This document shows positions 9,062 through 18,564 of a stretch of 64,000 nucleotides of DNA, piece after piece. This DNA comes from Gemmatimonadota bacterium (GTDB taxonomy: Bacteria; Latescibacterota; UBA2968; UBA8231). How positions within the stretch are numbered: the stretch's first letter is position 1; every line of letters begins with the position of its first letter. A program made the translations under genes and the position numbers. Location of the stretch: assembly GCA_038128265.1 (NCBI GenBank), contig JAYPJE010000008.1, forward strand, positions 1-64,000, given 5' to 3'. The notes under the pieces are model-generated. The model saw only the letters and a program-made list of their open reading frames with translations. It did not search any database and was not told the DNA's origin.

Positions 9062-10947
9062 TGGCCTACGTCGACACCCTCTACAACGACTACTTTATCG
9101 AGTACGCCTCTTACTATATCAAAGAGCGCGCCATACCGTACCTGGAAGACGGGCTCAAGCCAGTGCAGCGACGCATTCTTCACTCACTGCACGAATTGGA
9201 TGACGGCAAGTTTCACAAAGTGGCCAATATTGTCGGTCACACCATGAAGTACCATCCCCACGGCGACCAATCGATCAACGGTGCGCTGGTCGTGCTGGCC
9301 AACAAAGATCTCTTTATCGATAAACAGGGGAACTTCGGCAACATCTATACCGGCGACGAGGCAGCCGCCGGACGCTATATCGAGTGTCGTCTGACTCCGC
9401 TGGCGCGCGAGGTACTGTTCAACAAGGAGCTAACGGAATACGTCGACTCCTATGATGGACGCAACCGAGAGCCCGTCGTCTTTCCCGCCAAGATACCGGT
9501 GCTACTCGCGCAGGGCGCCGAGGGCATCGCCGTGGGCATGTCGACGCGCGTGCTGCCGCACAATCTCATCGAATTGCTCGAGGCGCAGATCAAGTACCTC
9601 AACGACGAGCCCTTTGAAATTCTACCCGACTTTCCCACCGGCGGATTTGCCGACGTTTCCGACTACGATAGCGGCAACGGCAAGGTGCTGCTGCGCGCGC
9701 GCCTCGACACGGATGACCCTAAGCGCATCGTCGTGCGCGAAGTGCCGTTTGGCACCACCACGGAGAGCCTCATTACCTCTATTGAGGACGCCGTGCGCAA
9801 AAACAAGGTCAAGATCTCGTCGATAAGCGATTACACCGCAGAAAACGTAGAAATCGAGTTAAAGCTGGCGCGCGGTGTATACACCGATGAGGTCGTCGAT
9901 GCACTCTACGCATTTACTGACTGCGAGGTTTCCATATCGGCTAACTTGATGCTCATTCAGGATGGCCACCCGCGCGTGATGAGCACGGCCGAAGTGCTGC
10001 AGCACAACGTGGACCAGCTAGTCAATATTCTGACAGCCGAACTCCGCCTCGAGCAGGACAAGCTCAACGCACGCCTGCACGCCAAAACACTCGAACAAAT
10101 CTTTATCGAGAACCGCGTATACAAGGCCATCGAGGAGCAGACCAGCGCCGCCGATGTGCAGCGCGCCGTGCAGCGCGGCTTGGAACCGTTTGCCGACCAG
10201 ATCAAGCGCGAGGTCAGCGACGAAGATATCGAGACGCTGCTCAAGATTCCCATTCGCCGCATTTCGCTCTACGACATTCAGCGCGCGCAAAAAGAGATGC
10301 GAGAAATCCGCGCGCGCCTGCGCGAAGTAAAGGCCCACCTCGACGCCATCATCCCGTATGCCATATCCTTTATCGAAGATATCGTCGAGCGCTACCGCAC
10401 CCAGTTCCCGCGGCGCACCGAACTGCGCTCTTTCCAGAAAGTCGACGTGCGCGAAGCAGCCAAACGCGACCGCAAGCTGCGCTACGATGCCAAGGGCGGT
10501 TATCTGGGCTACGACGTCAACGGCAACGTGCTATTCGACGTGTCGCAGTACGACCGCATACTGGTCATACGCAAAGATGGCATATACTCGGTGATCGACG
10601 TGCCCGACAAGCTCTTTGTCGACAAAGGCATGCTGCACTGTGGATTTGTCGATAAGGACGTCGTGTTTAACGTCGTTTACCGAGACGCCAAAGGCTTTCC
10701 CTATATCAAGCGCTGCACCATTGAAAAGTTTATTCTCAACAAAACCTACGATCTTATTCCCGACAGCTGTAAACTTCTCAAGCTGACGACAGACTCCGAT
10801 AAGATCGTCGCCCTCGACTACAAACCGCGACCGCGCCTGCGCAAACTCAACGAGGAGTTTTCCATCGCCCAGTATCCCGTGCGCGGCCTGCGCGCGGGCG
10901 GCATTCGCCTGGCGACCAAAGAGCTGCAAAACTGCAAGATCGTCTGA
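9061..10947 (+). CDS. parC: DNA topoisomerase IV subunit A
   Basis: [22 protein letters not shown] catalytic Tyr; short CTD with no GyrA box; TAATG overlap with parE. Confidence 0.88.
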   Translation: MAYVDTLYNDYFIEYASYYIKERAIPYLEDGLKPVQRRILHSLHELDDGKFHKVANIVGHTMKYHPHGDQSINGALVVLANKDLFIDKQGNFGNIYTGDEAAAGRYIECRLTPLAREVLFNKELTEYVDSYDGRNREPVVFPAKIPVLLAQGAEGIAVGMSTRVLPHNLIELLEAQIKYLNDEPFEILPDFPTGGFADVSDYDSGNGKVLLRARLDTDDPKRIVVREVPFGTTTESLITSIEDAVRKNKVKISSISDYTAENVEIELKLARGVYTDEVVDALYAFTDCEVSISANLMLIQDGHPRVMSTAEVLQHNVDQLVNILTAELRLEQDKLNARLHAKTLEQIFIENRVYKAIEEQTSAADVQRAVQRGLEPFADQIKREVSDEDIETLLKIPIRRISLYDIQRAQKEMREIRARLREVKAHLDAIIPYAISFIEDIVERYRTQFPRRTELRSFQKVDVREAAKRDRKLRYDAKGGYLGYDVNGNVLFDVSQYDRILVIRKDGIYSVIDVPDKLFVDKGMLHCGFVDKDVVFNVVYRDAKGFPYIKRCTIEKFILNKTYDLIPDSCKLLKLTTDSDKIVALDYKPRPRLRKLNEEFSIAQYPVRGLRAGGIRLATKELQNCKIV

Positions 10948-10969
10948 CCTGAGATAGGTTCTGCTCGCT

Positions 10970-11008
10970 GAGACCGGTGGCGTCCCTTCGCACCGGTCTC
11001 TATTTTTT
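10970..11008 (+). terminator. Intrinsic terminator after parC
   Basis: GAGACCGGTG/CACCGGTCTC stem followed by TATTTTTT. Confidence 0.8.
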
Positions 11009-11071
11009 GTCTTCCACCGCGCGCCGGCGCAGGCGTGCAGCGGCGCACCCCCACAACCGCGAGCAGCGCCC

Positions 11072-12391
11072 ATGGTTATCTTTTCGGCCATCTCGGCAAT
11101 AGTCAGTGCCGCCCTGGCCGCCCTCATTCTCTACGAGCGCTACTATATACAGGGCTTCCTCGACAACTTTACCATCCTGCTCGTCGGCAGCCTATCAATC
11201 GTCGCCGCGTTCTCGCTCTATTCTACCTATGCCATAGGCGTGCGCTGCGCACAGCGCATTGAACGCGTGTGGATTGTCGCGCTCTCAGTCGCCCTAACCT
11301 ATGGCGCGGCCGACGTGCTGGCCGGTCTGTTGCTCATTCCCCCGCTCTCGCCGGCGCTAGTGGGGGATGCAACCGTTCATCATCGCCTGGTGGCCAATTC
11401 CAATTCAGCGCTTGCAAGCCGGGATTTTAGCTACATACAGCGGGTCAATAATCTCGGTCTGCGCGGAGGCGATATCGCTCCGCAGAAAGACGCGCATACG
11501 TTCCGCATCGCCATGCTCGGCGATTCCTTTACGATGGGCAAAGGCGTCGAAGACGGCGAAACGTTTTCGGCCCTGCTCGAGGCCGAGTTAAACGGCGCGG
11601 CCGGTCGACGCGTCGAAGTGCTCAACGCCGGCGTCGACAGCTACGCCCCCATTCTCTCCTTCCTACAGCTCAAAGCCCAGCTGCTGCCGCTCGCTCCCGA
11701 CCTGGTGATGCTCCACCTCGACATGAGCGATCTGCAGCAGGAAATCGCCTATCGTCAGCGCGCTGTCTACGATGCAGATGGACAGCTCGCCGGCGTCGAT
11801 GGACGCGAAGACCAACTCGCCCTTACGCGCATCCAGAGGGCGCGCAACTGGATCAACGAACACCTTTTTTTTAGTCGCCTGCTGGTCTACTACACCCAGC
11901 GCATGGTCCATGGAAGCGCGGGCATCAACGTGGCCAACGTCGTTGGTATGGCCAATCCAATGGTGCTCGCCCATACGCTAACCGGCTATGACGAAGTTCG
12001 CCGACAGAACGAGTGGCAGCAGCTTTTTGCCAGCGTGCGCGCGATAAAGACGCTGTGTGCAGAGCGCGGCATCGACTTTGTCCTGACGACGTATCCTTGG
12101 GGGCACCAGGTCGGCCCCGGCGAATGGCAACCCGGGCGATTTGCCTTTGTCGAAGAGAGGAGCATAGTTTCGGATGCCAGCTTGGACGTCATTCGCTCTC
12201 TAGCGCGCGCCGCCGACATACCCTTTATCGACCTATTTGCCCCGCTGCGCGCCTATGGCGGCAGCGAGAGCCTATACCATCGCTACGACATGCATTGGAC
12301 CCCTGTCGGCCACCGCATCGTAGCCGATGCACTAAAAGAGTATTTAACGAGGCATTACCCCCTCTTCTCACCGGAGACACAATCGCTATGA
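11072..12391 (+). CDS. Membrane-anchored SGNH/GDSL hydrolase
   Basis: Three N-terminal hydrophobic helices, LGDSFTMG, VLNAGV, DMHWTPVGH. Confidence 0.8.
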   Translation: MVIFSAISAIVSAALAALILYERYYIQGFLDNFTILLVGSLSIVAAFSLYSTYAIGVRCAQRIERVWIVALSVALTYGAADVLAGLLLIPPLSPALVGDATVHHRLVANSNSALASRDFSYIQRVNNLGLRGGDIAPQKDAHTFRIAMLGDSFTMGKGVEDGETFSALLEAELNGAAGRRVEVLNAGVDSYAPILSFLQLKAQLLPLAPDLVMLHLDMSDLQQEIAYRQRAVYDADGQLAGVDGREDQLALTRIQRARNWINEHLFFSRLLVYYTQRMVHGSAGINVANVVGMANPMVLAHTLTGYDEVRRQNEWQQLFASVRAIKTLCAERGIDFVLTTYPWGHQVGPGEWQPGRFAFVEERSIVSDASLDVIRSLARAADIPFIDLFAPLRAYGGSESLYHRYDMHWTPVGHRIVADALKEYLTRHYPLFSPETQSL

Positions 12392-14205
12392 GCACGGCTA
12401 TGGACTGGGATCTTACCAGCTATTTCCCCCAATTTGACGGGGAGGAAATGCGGCAGTTTAGGGATAGCTTGAGCAGCGATCTACAGGCGCTGTGCCAGCG
12501 CGCTAGGCAGCTCTCCCCGCTCGACTCAAGTAACGGCGCGACCTGGGAAGACGTGTTCCTACAGGCCGAAAAAATCGCTGAGCGCCTTTCGCACTTGGGA
12601 TCGTATTTGGGCTGCCTGTCGGCTGCCGATGCTAAAAACGAAGAGTATAGCCGACAAGAGGCGGCATTTGCCCTCCTTGAAGCAGAGGGCGAAAAGCTCG
12701 ATGTCGAACTGCTGCGCGCTCTGAAGAACGCCGACGACGCGCTCTTTGCCGACTTTGCCGACCGGCCCGCCCTGCGCGATGCCGGCTACTTCCTACAGCG
12801 CCAGCGCACCGAAGCGCAGCGCAGTATGGAGGCGGACAAAGAAGTGTTGGCCGCCGACCTCGGCGTCGATGGCCTGCACGCATGGGGACGCCTGTATAGC
12901 ACCGTCGCAAGCAAGCTCGAGTTTGAAATGCACTATCCCGACGGACGCAGCGAATGGCGACCCATGGCCCAGCGCCGCGCCCTTATGGAACATGCCGACC
13001 GCCGCGTGCGCAAGGCCGCTTTCGACGGCGGCAATGCGGCCTGGGAGCGCGTTGAAGACGTGACGGCCGCTGCGCTCAACGCCATTTCCGGCACGCGCCT
13101 AACCCTCAACCGCCACCGCGGCGTCGACCACTTTCTCGACATCGCGCTGTTCCAAGCTGGCATCGAACGACGCACGCTCGATGCGATGTTTGAAGCCATA
13201 TTCGACTCCATCGAACTACCGCGACGCGCGCTGCGCCTTAAAGCACAGCTGCAGCGGACCGACGGCATTGCCTGGTATGACCTGGGCGCCCCGCTGCCGG
13301 TGGGCCAGCGCGCTGCGCTCTCCTGGGAAGAGGGAAAGGCCCTGGTTGAAGCCTCGTTTTCGGAGGCCTATCCGCTGCTGGGAGAATACCTGCGCCAAAC
13401 CTACGCCAAAAACTGGATCGACTGGTCGCCGCGTCCCGGCAAGCGCCCCGGTGCGTTTTGCACGGGCTCTCTGCTCACGCGCGAGTCGCGCGTCTATATG
13501 ACTTACAACGATACGCTGGGCGACGTGCGCACGCTGGCGCACGAGATCGGGCATGCCTTCCACAGCTATGTTATGCGCGACGTGCGCGCGTTTGCTCGCT
13601 TCTATCCGATGACGCTAGCTGAGTCGGCCTCGACCTTCGGCGAGATGCTGCTGACAGCCGGTGCCCTTGCCGATCCTTCGATCACGCCAGAGCAGAAGGC
13701 CAGCCTGCTCGATATGGAAGTGGGACACGGCGCAATCTTTCTGCTCGACATTCCCGTTCGCTACCACTTTGAGAAGAAGCTCCACGAAGAACGCGCGCGC
13801 GGTGAGCTTTCCTCCAGCCAACTCAAGCAACTGATGGGCGAAACGCAGCGAGACATTCTCGGAGACACCTTGGAAAGCGGCGGCGAAGATCCCTTTTTCT
13901 GGGCCTCTAAACTGCACTTCTACATTACCGGTGTCACGTTTTACAACTTCCCCTACACATTTGGCTTTCTGCTCAGCCGCGGCCTCTTTGCCGCGTTTCA
14001 ACGCGAAGGTGCCGACTTTCTGCCGCGCTACGAAGCGTTTCTGCGCCTCACCGGCAGCGATAGCGCCGAAGGCGTTGCACGTCGCACGCTCGATTGCGAC
14101 TTAGGCGATCCCGCGTTCTGGTCCGATGCCATCGCTACGCTCAACGAACCGCTCAACCAGCTCGAAACCCTCTTACCCCAGCTCGCCTCGAGCGATGCCT
14201 CTTAG
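12388..14205 (+). CDS. M3 family oligoendopeptidase (PepF-like)
   Basis: WDL N-terminus, GKRPGAFC, HEIGHAFH, LAESASTF, FYNFPYTFG. ATG at 12388 overlaps the upstream stop. Confidence 0.9.
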   Translation: MSTAMDWDLTSYFPQFDGEEMRQFRDSLSSDLQALCQRARQLSPLDSSNGATWEDVFLQAEKIAERLSHLGSYLGCLSAADAKNEEYSRQEAAFALLEAEGEKLDVELLRALKNADDALFADFADRPALRDAGYFLQRQRTEAQRSMEADKEVLAADLGVDGLHAWGRLYSTVASKLEFEMHYPDGRSEWRPMAQRRALMEHADRRVRKAAFDGGNAAWERVEDVTAAALNAISGTRLTLNRHRGVDHFLDIALFQAGIERRTLDAMFEAIFDSIELPRRALRLKAQLQRTDGIAWYDLGAPLPVGQRAALSWEEGKALVEASFSEAYPLLGEYLRQTYAKNWIDWSPRPGKRPGAFCTGSLLTRESRVYMTYNDTLGDVRTLAHEIGHAFHSYVMRDVRAFARFYPMTLAESASTFGEMLLTAGALADPSITPEQKASLLDMEVGHGAIFLLDIPVRYHFEKKLHEERARGELSSSQLKQLMGETQRDILGDTLESGGEDPFFWASKLHFYITGVTFYNFPYTFGFLLSRGLFAAFQREGADFLPRYEAFLRLTGSDSAEGVARRTLDCDLGDPAFWSDAIATLNEPLNQLETLLPQLASSDAS

Positions 14206-14215
14206 GAAGATTGCC

Positions 14216-14983
14216 ATGCACCCTCTGCCAGTTGCCGTAGGTACCCTAATACTCGCCGCACTACCTCTATTCGCGGAGGCCTATCCCGCCGCGGAGGGAT
14301 TTAACGCCGACGCTTCTGACGCACGCGCCATCGCCGTTGCCGACGCCACGATGGAAGCGATGGGCGGCTATGCGGCCTGGGACCAGACGCGCTACATAAC
14401 ATGGCGTTTTTTTGGTGGACGCCTGCACGTATGGGATAAATGGACGGGCAACGTGCGCTTTGAGCAAGATGATCTCACCGTGCTGATGAACCTGCATACG
14501 CGCAGTGGACGCGCCTGGCGCGAGGGACGCGCGCTGGCCGATGCCGAACTGCAGGCCGCACTCGACCGCGGCTATCGCTCGTGGATCAACGATGCCTACT
14601 GGTTGGTCATGCCCTACAAGCTCAAGGACAGCGGCGTTACACTCAACTATGTGGGAACCGCCGACAGCCAAGACGGGCGCCCAGCCGACGTGCTAGAGCT
14701 CACGTTTGAAGGCGTCGGCGTCACTCCGCAGAACAAGTATCGAGTGTGGGTTGACCAAGAGACCCACCTAGTCTCACAGTGGGCTTTTTACCCGCAGGCG
14801 AGCGACTCCGAGGCACGCTTTATTGGACCATGGAACAACTGGCGGCGCTATGGACAAATCCTGCTCTCTGACAACCGCGGCGAACGCAGCCACACCGGCG
14901 TGGCCGTTTTCGCCGACTTGCCCGCCGCCGTATTTGACGACCCACAGCCGCTCGGGGACGAAGTGCTCAGCCCAGTCAAGTAG
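14216..14983 (+). CDS. Secreted hypothetical protein
   Basis: Signal peptide (LILAALPLFA) followed by AMGGxxAW, WINDAYWLVMPYKLKD and GVTPQNKY. Confidence 0.7.
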   Translation: MHPLPVAVGTLILAALPLFAEAYPAAEGFNADASDARAIAVADATMEAMGGYAAWDQTRYITWRFFGGRLHVWDKWTGNVRFEQDDLTVLMNLHTRSGRAWREGRALADAELQAALDRGYRSWINDAYWLVMPYKLKDSGVTLNYVGTADSQDGRPADVLELTFEGVGVTPQNKYRVWVDQETHLVSQWAFYPQASDSEARFIGPWNNWRRYGQILLSDNRGERSHTGVAVFADLPAAVFDDPQPLGDEVLSPVK

Positions 14984-15003
14984 GCTGTTGCAAATGCCGA
15001 TAT
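14976..15003 (+). promoter_or_regulatory. sigma28 (FliA/SigD)-like promoter
   Basis: TCAA-N16-GCCGATAT, about 40 nt upstream of the SprA-related gene. Confidence 0.55.
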
Positions 15004-15042
15004 TCTAGGTAGGTCGGATGCCCCGTATTTGGAGCAGCAATT

Positions 15043-15813
15043 ATGCGGATTGAATCGCCACACACTATACCGCTTTCTGCAGTCAGCGAGCAGGGCCGCG
15101 CAGCGCCCAACGAACAGGAGCGTATCGACGATACCTCGAGCACACGCGGCAGCCGTGCGAACGACTCCGTCGAACTGCGCCAAATCGTCAGCACGCTGCG
15201 CGCAGAGTTGGCTATAGAATTGCCCGGCGACACGCGGACTGCGGCGAGTGTGCCATCGGATAGCGCAGCGCCCGCCCAGCAGGGGCTGGATGCTGCTGCT
15301 GAAGGCTCTGTGCCGCAGGACGCCGCAGCGAACGCCCCGGGGCAGGCAGAGCTCACGCCAGAAGAAGCAAGGGAAGTCGAACAGCTCAGAGCCCGCGATC
15401 GCGAAGTCCGCGCGCACGAACAGGCCCATCTGGCCGCCGCCGGCCCCCATGCCATAGGCGGGCCCACATACGAGTATGAGCGCGGTCCGGACAACCGGTC
15501 CTATGCCGTTGGTGGCGAGGTAGAAATCGACACCTCACCCGAGCGCGACCCGGAAGCCACTCTGCGCAAAGCGCAAACGGTGCGCCGGGCTGCGCTGGCA
15601 CCGGCTCAGCCCTCGCCGCAGGACCGACGCGTTGCTGCTCAGGCGGCGCGCATGGAAGCCGAAGCCCGCAGAGAATTGGCCCTACAGCGCGTAGAAGAAC
15701 ACCGTCCGCATGGAGGCGAGCCCCCCGCAGAGGGAAGCACAGTGGAAGGACGAGGAACAGGGGCAAAAGCGGATACTAAAGCAAAGGGGCACGTTGTCGA
15801 TATGATTGCCTAA
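15043..15813 (+). CDS. SprA-related family protein (putative metalloprotease, HEQAH)
   Basis: RDREVRAHEQAH, YAVGGEVEID, AALAPAQPSPQDRRVAA. Confidence 0.85.
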   Translation: MRIESPHTIPLSAVSEQGRAAPNEQERIDDTSSTRGSRANDSVELRQIVSTLRAELAIELPGDTRTAASVPSDSAAPAQQGLDAAAEGSVPQDAAANAPGQAELTPEEAREVEQLRARDREVRAHEQAHLAAAGPHAIGGPTYEYERGPDNRSYAVGGEVEIDTSPERDPEATLRKAQTVRRAALAPAQPSPQDRRVAAQAARMEAEARRELALQRVEEHRPHGGEPPAEGSTVEGRGTGAKADTKAKGHVVDMIA

Positions 15814-15830
15814 CGCGAACCCATTGCCGC

Positions 15831-15874
15831 AAAAGAGCGGGCCGGGAAAACCTCCCGGCCCGCTCTTTTTTTAT
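15831..15874. terminator. Bidirectional intrinsic terminator
   Basis: AAAAGAGCGGGCCGGGA/TCCCGGCCCGCTCTTTT perfect inverted repeat between convergent genes. Confidence 0.9.
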
Positions 15875-15896
15875 TCTGATGTCAATGGCTCGGGCG

Positions 15897-16712
15897 CTAG
15901 GCGGCCTGCAGTTCCCGTTCCGGCATATTTTCTATGCGCGAGAGCCAGTAAGACACGTCGTAGCGATCGTCACCGATTAAAAAGCGCCACATCTTTATGC
16001 GGTTAACCACCTCGATGCGCGACTCGTTGCCATACCAGCGATGGTCGGCACTGAGCAGCGAGGGAATTTCGCCGTCTTCCAGATCATCCGTATTCCACAG
16101 GAGCTTCTGGCGCACCGTTGGGTTCAGGCGCAGCTTAAACATATAGCGCATCATGCCGGTCGTGTTGGGCTGTGCGCAGTGCCATATGCCGTGATGGGCA
16201 ACGGCTACTGTGCCCGCCTTGCACACCATGGGCACCTGGCCGACAAAATTCTGGTAGCGCGCAATGTCCGACTCGCTGATGCGCCGGTACTGGCTGCCGG
16301 GCAGGAACATCGTACCCCCCATCTCGCGCGGCGTATCGTGAGCAAAGTAGAACAGCTGTATATCGAAGTGCATGCGCGTGTCGATAATAGCGTCGGCGTG
16401 CCATATCTGACCATGCTCGTTATTGGCCTGCACCGTGTGCACCGCGTGGTGGTCGTACAGTGGCCCAGGGCCGACTAGACTGTGGATAATGGCCTGGATT
16501 TTCGGCAGGCGCACCACCTGACCAATAGCCTGCTCCTGCCAGAGGTCTGACAGCGCTTGGCCGCTGTGAACGCGGGGAATTTCGCCCCGCTCCATCTCTT
16601 GGCAAACCGCCTCGTTAAGCTCGCTCGGCACCAATTCGTCAAAGCGCAAAAAACCATCCGCCACAAAGCGGGCCATCTCCTTGCTCGTCAGCAGGTCGCT
16701 CTTTTCAACCAT
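15897..16712 (-). CDS. Phytanoyl-CoA dioxygenase (PhyH) family Fe(II)/2OG oxygenase
   Basis: F..DGFLRF, WHAD (HxD), GGTMFLPGS, GIWH. Confidence 0.85.
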   Translation of the reverse strand: MVEKSDLLTSKEMARFVADGFLRFDELVPSELNEAVCQEMERGEIPRVHSGQALSDLWQEQAIGQVVRLPKIQAIIHSLVGPGPLYDHHAVHTVQANNEHGQIWHADAIIDTRMHFDIQLFYFAHDTPREMGGTMFLPGSQYRRISESDIARYQNFVGQVPMVCKAGTVAVAHHGIWHCAQPNTTGMMRYMFKLRLNPTVRQKLLWNTDDLEDGEIPSLLSADHRWYGNESRIEVVNRIKMWRFLIGDDRYDVSYWLSRIENMPERELQAA

Positions 16713-16977
16713 TGCTATCCTCCAGTTTTTCGAGAATATATTCGTAGCGCAGGTACGAAGTATTGTATTCCATACCCGGATAAGCCGGATATTGCTGAGG
16801 AAACTGTATCACGCGCCAGCCATCGCGCATCGCGGCGACAACGGAGCCGTACGGCGGCGCTTCGGCATCGCCCGTAGTGTGCTTTTCCTTGCCCGTTCCA
16901 TCGTACATCGCCCAAGCAACCGCCGCGCTGTTCAGATCGGGCGAATGGGCGTAGAGGACCAATAATTTCTGTCGCAT
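16705..16977 (-). CDS. Small hypothetical protein (90 aa), overlapping the phyH start
   Basis: MRQKLLVLY...PPYGSVVAAMRDGWRVIQFP...YEYILEKL; 8-nt overlap with the downstream gene. Confidence 0.75.
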   Translation of the reverse strand: MRQKLLVLYAHSPDLNSAAVAWAMYDGTGKEKHTTGDAEAPPYGSVVAAMRDGWRVIQFPQQYPAYPGMEYNTSYLRYEYILEKLEDSNG

Positions 16978-17112
16978 ATGCGTTGTATTGCCTTGTCGCA
17001 GGTGGATACTACAGCACCGTCCGCGCTTCAATATAGGGAGCGCGGATCGCAACGGCAATCGGCGCTCCCTTGTGCAAAAAGCGGCGCCCGTTACATTTCG
17101 CCAGTCCACTCC

Positions 17113-18312
17113 ATGCTCCCAACATCCGAGCCCAACGTGAACCAACAGCGCATTCTACTTTCGACTTTCTTCGTCAACTTCGTCTTTTTTGGCGCAGCCG
17201 CTATTCTCGTCGGCGCCGCCGTACCCGAGATATTGCGCACCTTCGCCTGGAGCTACTCCGATATGGGAGCCGTCATGGCCAGCGGTGCCATCGGCTACTT
17301 CACCTCAACCCTGCTCTGCGGCATCTTGCTACGCCGCTGGGGACCGCGCCCCGTCCTCGTCTGTGGGCTGATTTTACAGGCGGCAGGGCTGGCCGCCTTT
17401 GGCCAGACTCCTTCCTTTTGGCTCAACCTACTGGCACTAGCGCTTTTTGGACTAGGCGAAGGTGCCAGTGAGGTGGTAACCAATTTCAGTCTAGTCCGCA
17501 TCGAGTACAGCGGGCGCAGCAATTTGATGAACTTTATCCACTCCGCATTTACCGCCGGTGCCATCGGCGGACCGCTGGTCGTCGGCCTGCTCATAGAACG
17601 CGGCCTACCGTGGCAACACGCATTCGAGGGCCTAGCTGCCATATCTGTGCTAATGGCTATTGCCTTTTGGCTACAGCCTTCCGTCGAAGCACCCGCCACC
17701 GGTGCGCAGCGAGCGCAGGCGGCACTAGTCGATTTGCTGCGCCAGCCGCTAATGGCCTTCCTAGCGCTGGCGATCTTGCTATACGTGGGCGTGGAAATCG
17801 GCGTATCGAATTGGATCGCCGAGTATTTTGTGCAGAAACTCGGTACGTCGGCCGCGATGGGAGCCTATATGGTTTCGGTCTTTTGGCTCGGCCTGCTGGT
17901 GGGCCGCCTGGCCACCGCCGCCCTTTACCGCAGTGAGGATCAGGAGACGCTGCTTATCGCCTCGTGTGCATTGGCTACGCTGGCACTCGCGCTGGCGCTT
18001 TTGGATTTGGGTTTTGCCTGGACGGCGGCGTGCTTTTTTACCAGCGGCATGGGCTTCGCCTCGATATATCCCGTCGTCGTCGTGCTGGCTGGGCGCCACT
18101 TTGCCAGCGAACAGGGGCTGGCTATTGCCATTATATCGACCGGCGGCGGCATCGGTTCCTTTGCATTCCCCTTTGCCATTGCCGCGCTGGCCGACTATTG
18201 GGGCATTGAGCGGGCCTTCTGGGCCTATGCCTTTACCGCCGTCGCCATGAGCGCGAGCGCAGCAGCCGCTCTTGTGTGGATTCGCCGTGCGAATACATCG
18301 CACGGCGTTTAG
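17113..18312 (+). CDS. MFS transporter
   Basis: About 12 hydrophobic segments, RRWGPR loop, YVGVEIGVSNW. Start uncertain (17113 or GTG near 17137). Confidence 0.85.
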   Translation: MLPTSEPNVNQQRILLSTFFVNFVFFGAAAILVGAAVPEILRTFAWSYSDMGAVMASGAIGYFTSTLLCGILLRRWGPRPVLVCGLILQAAGLAAFGQTPSFWLNLLALALFGLGEGASEVVTNFSLVRIEYSGRSNLMNFIHSAFTAGAIGGPLVVGLLIERGLPWQHAFEGLAAISVLMAIAFWLQPSVEAPATGAQRAQAALVDLLRQPLMAFLALAILLYVGVEIGVSNWIAEYFVQKLGTSAAMGAYMVSVFWLGLLVGRLATAALYRSEDQETLLIASCALATLALALALLDLGFAWTAACFFTSGMGFASIYPVVVVLAGRHFASEQGLAIAIISTGGGIGSFAFPFAIAALADYWGIERAFWAYAFTAVAMSASAAAALVWIRRANTSHGV

Positions 18313-18440
18313 CCATTTTGCGCAGCGAAGGAAAAAGCCTTCTCCGTCGCATCACCCTTCGTCAAACTTGGCGTGCGGAGGGCGGCGAGAAATGCAGCGA
18401 TCAAGCCAACAAGCGGTGCGATAAACAGCGCGTATTGCAT
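18309..18440 (-). CDS. Small single-TM peptide, 43 aa (below the ORF-track cutoff)
   Basis: GGGGAG-N5-ATG, MQYALFIAPLVGLIAAFLAALRTPSLTKGDATEKAFSFAAQNG; stop overlaps the MFS stop. Confidence 0.55.
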   Translation of the reverse strand: MQYALFIAPLVGLIAAFLAALRTPSLTKGDATEKAFSFAAQNG

Positions 18441-18564
18441 GGTTACTCCCCAATAGTAGAGGTGAGTCGAGTGCGACAGTCCTACCGATATAGTAGCAGC
18501 GATCGTTTACATTTACGTTGCAAGTAGGTGATTTTATGTCTTTAACACACCCCATCGAGCGTCT

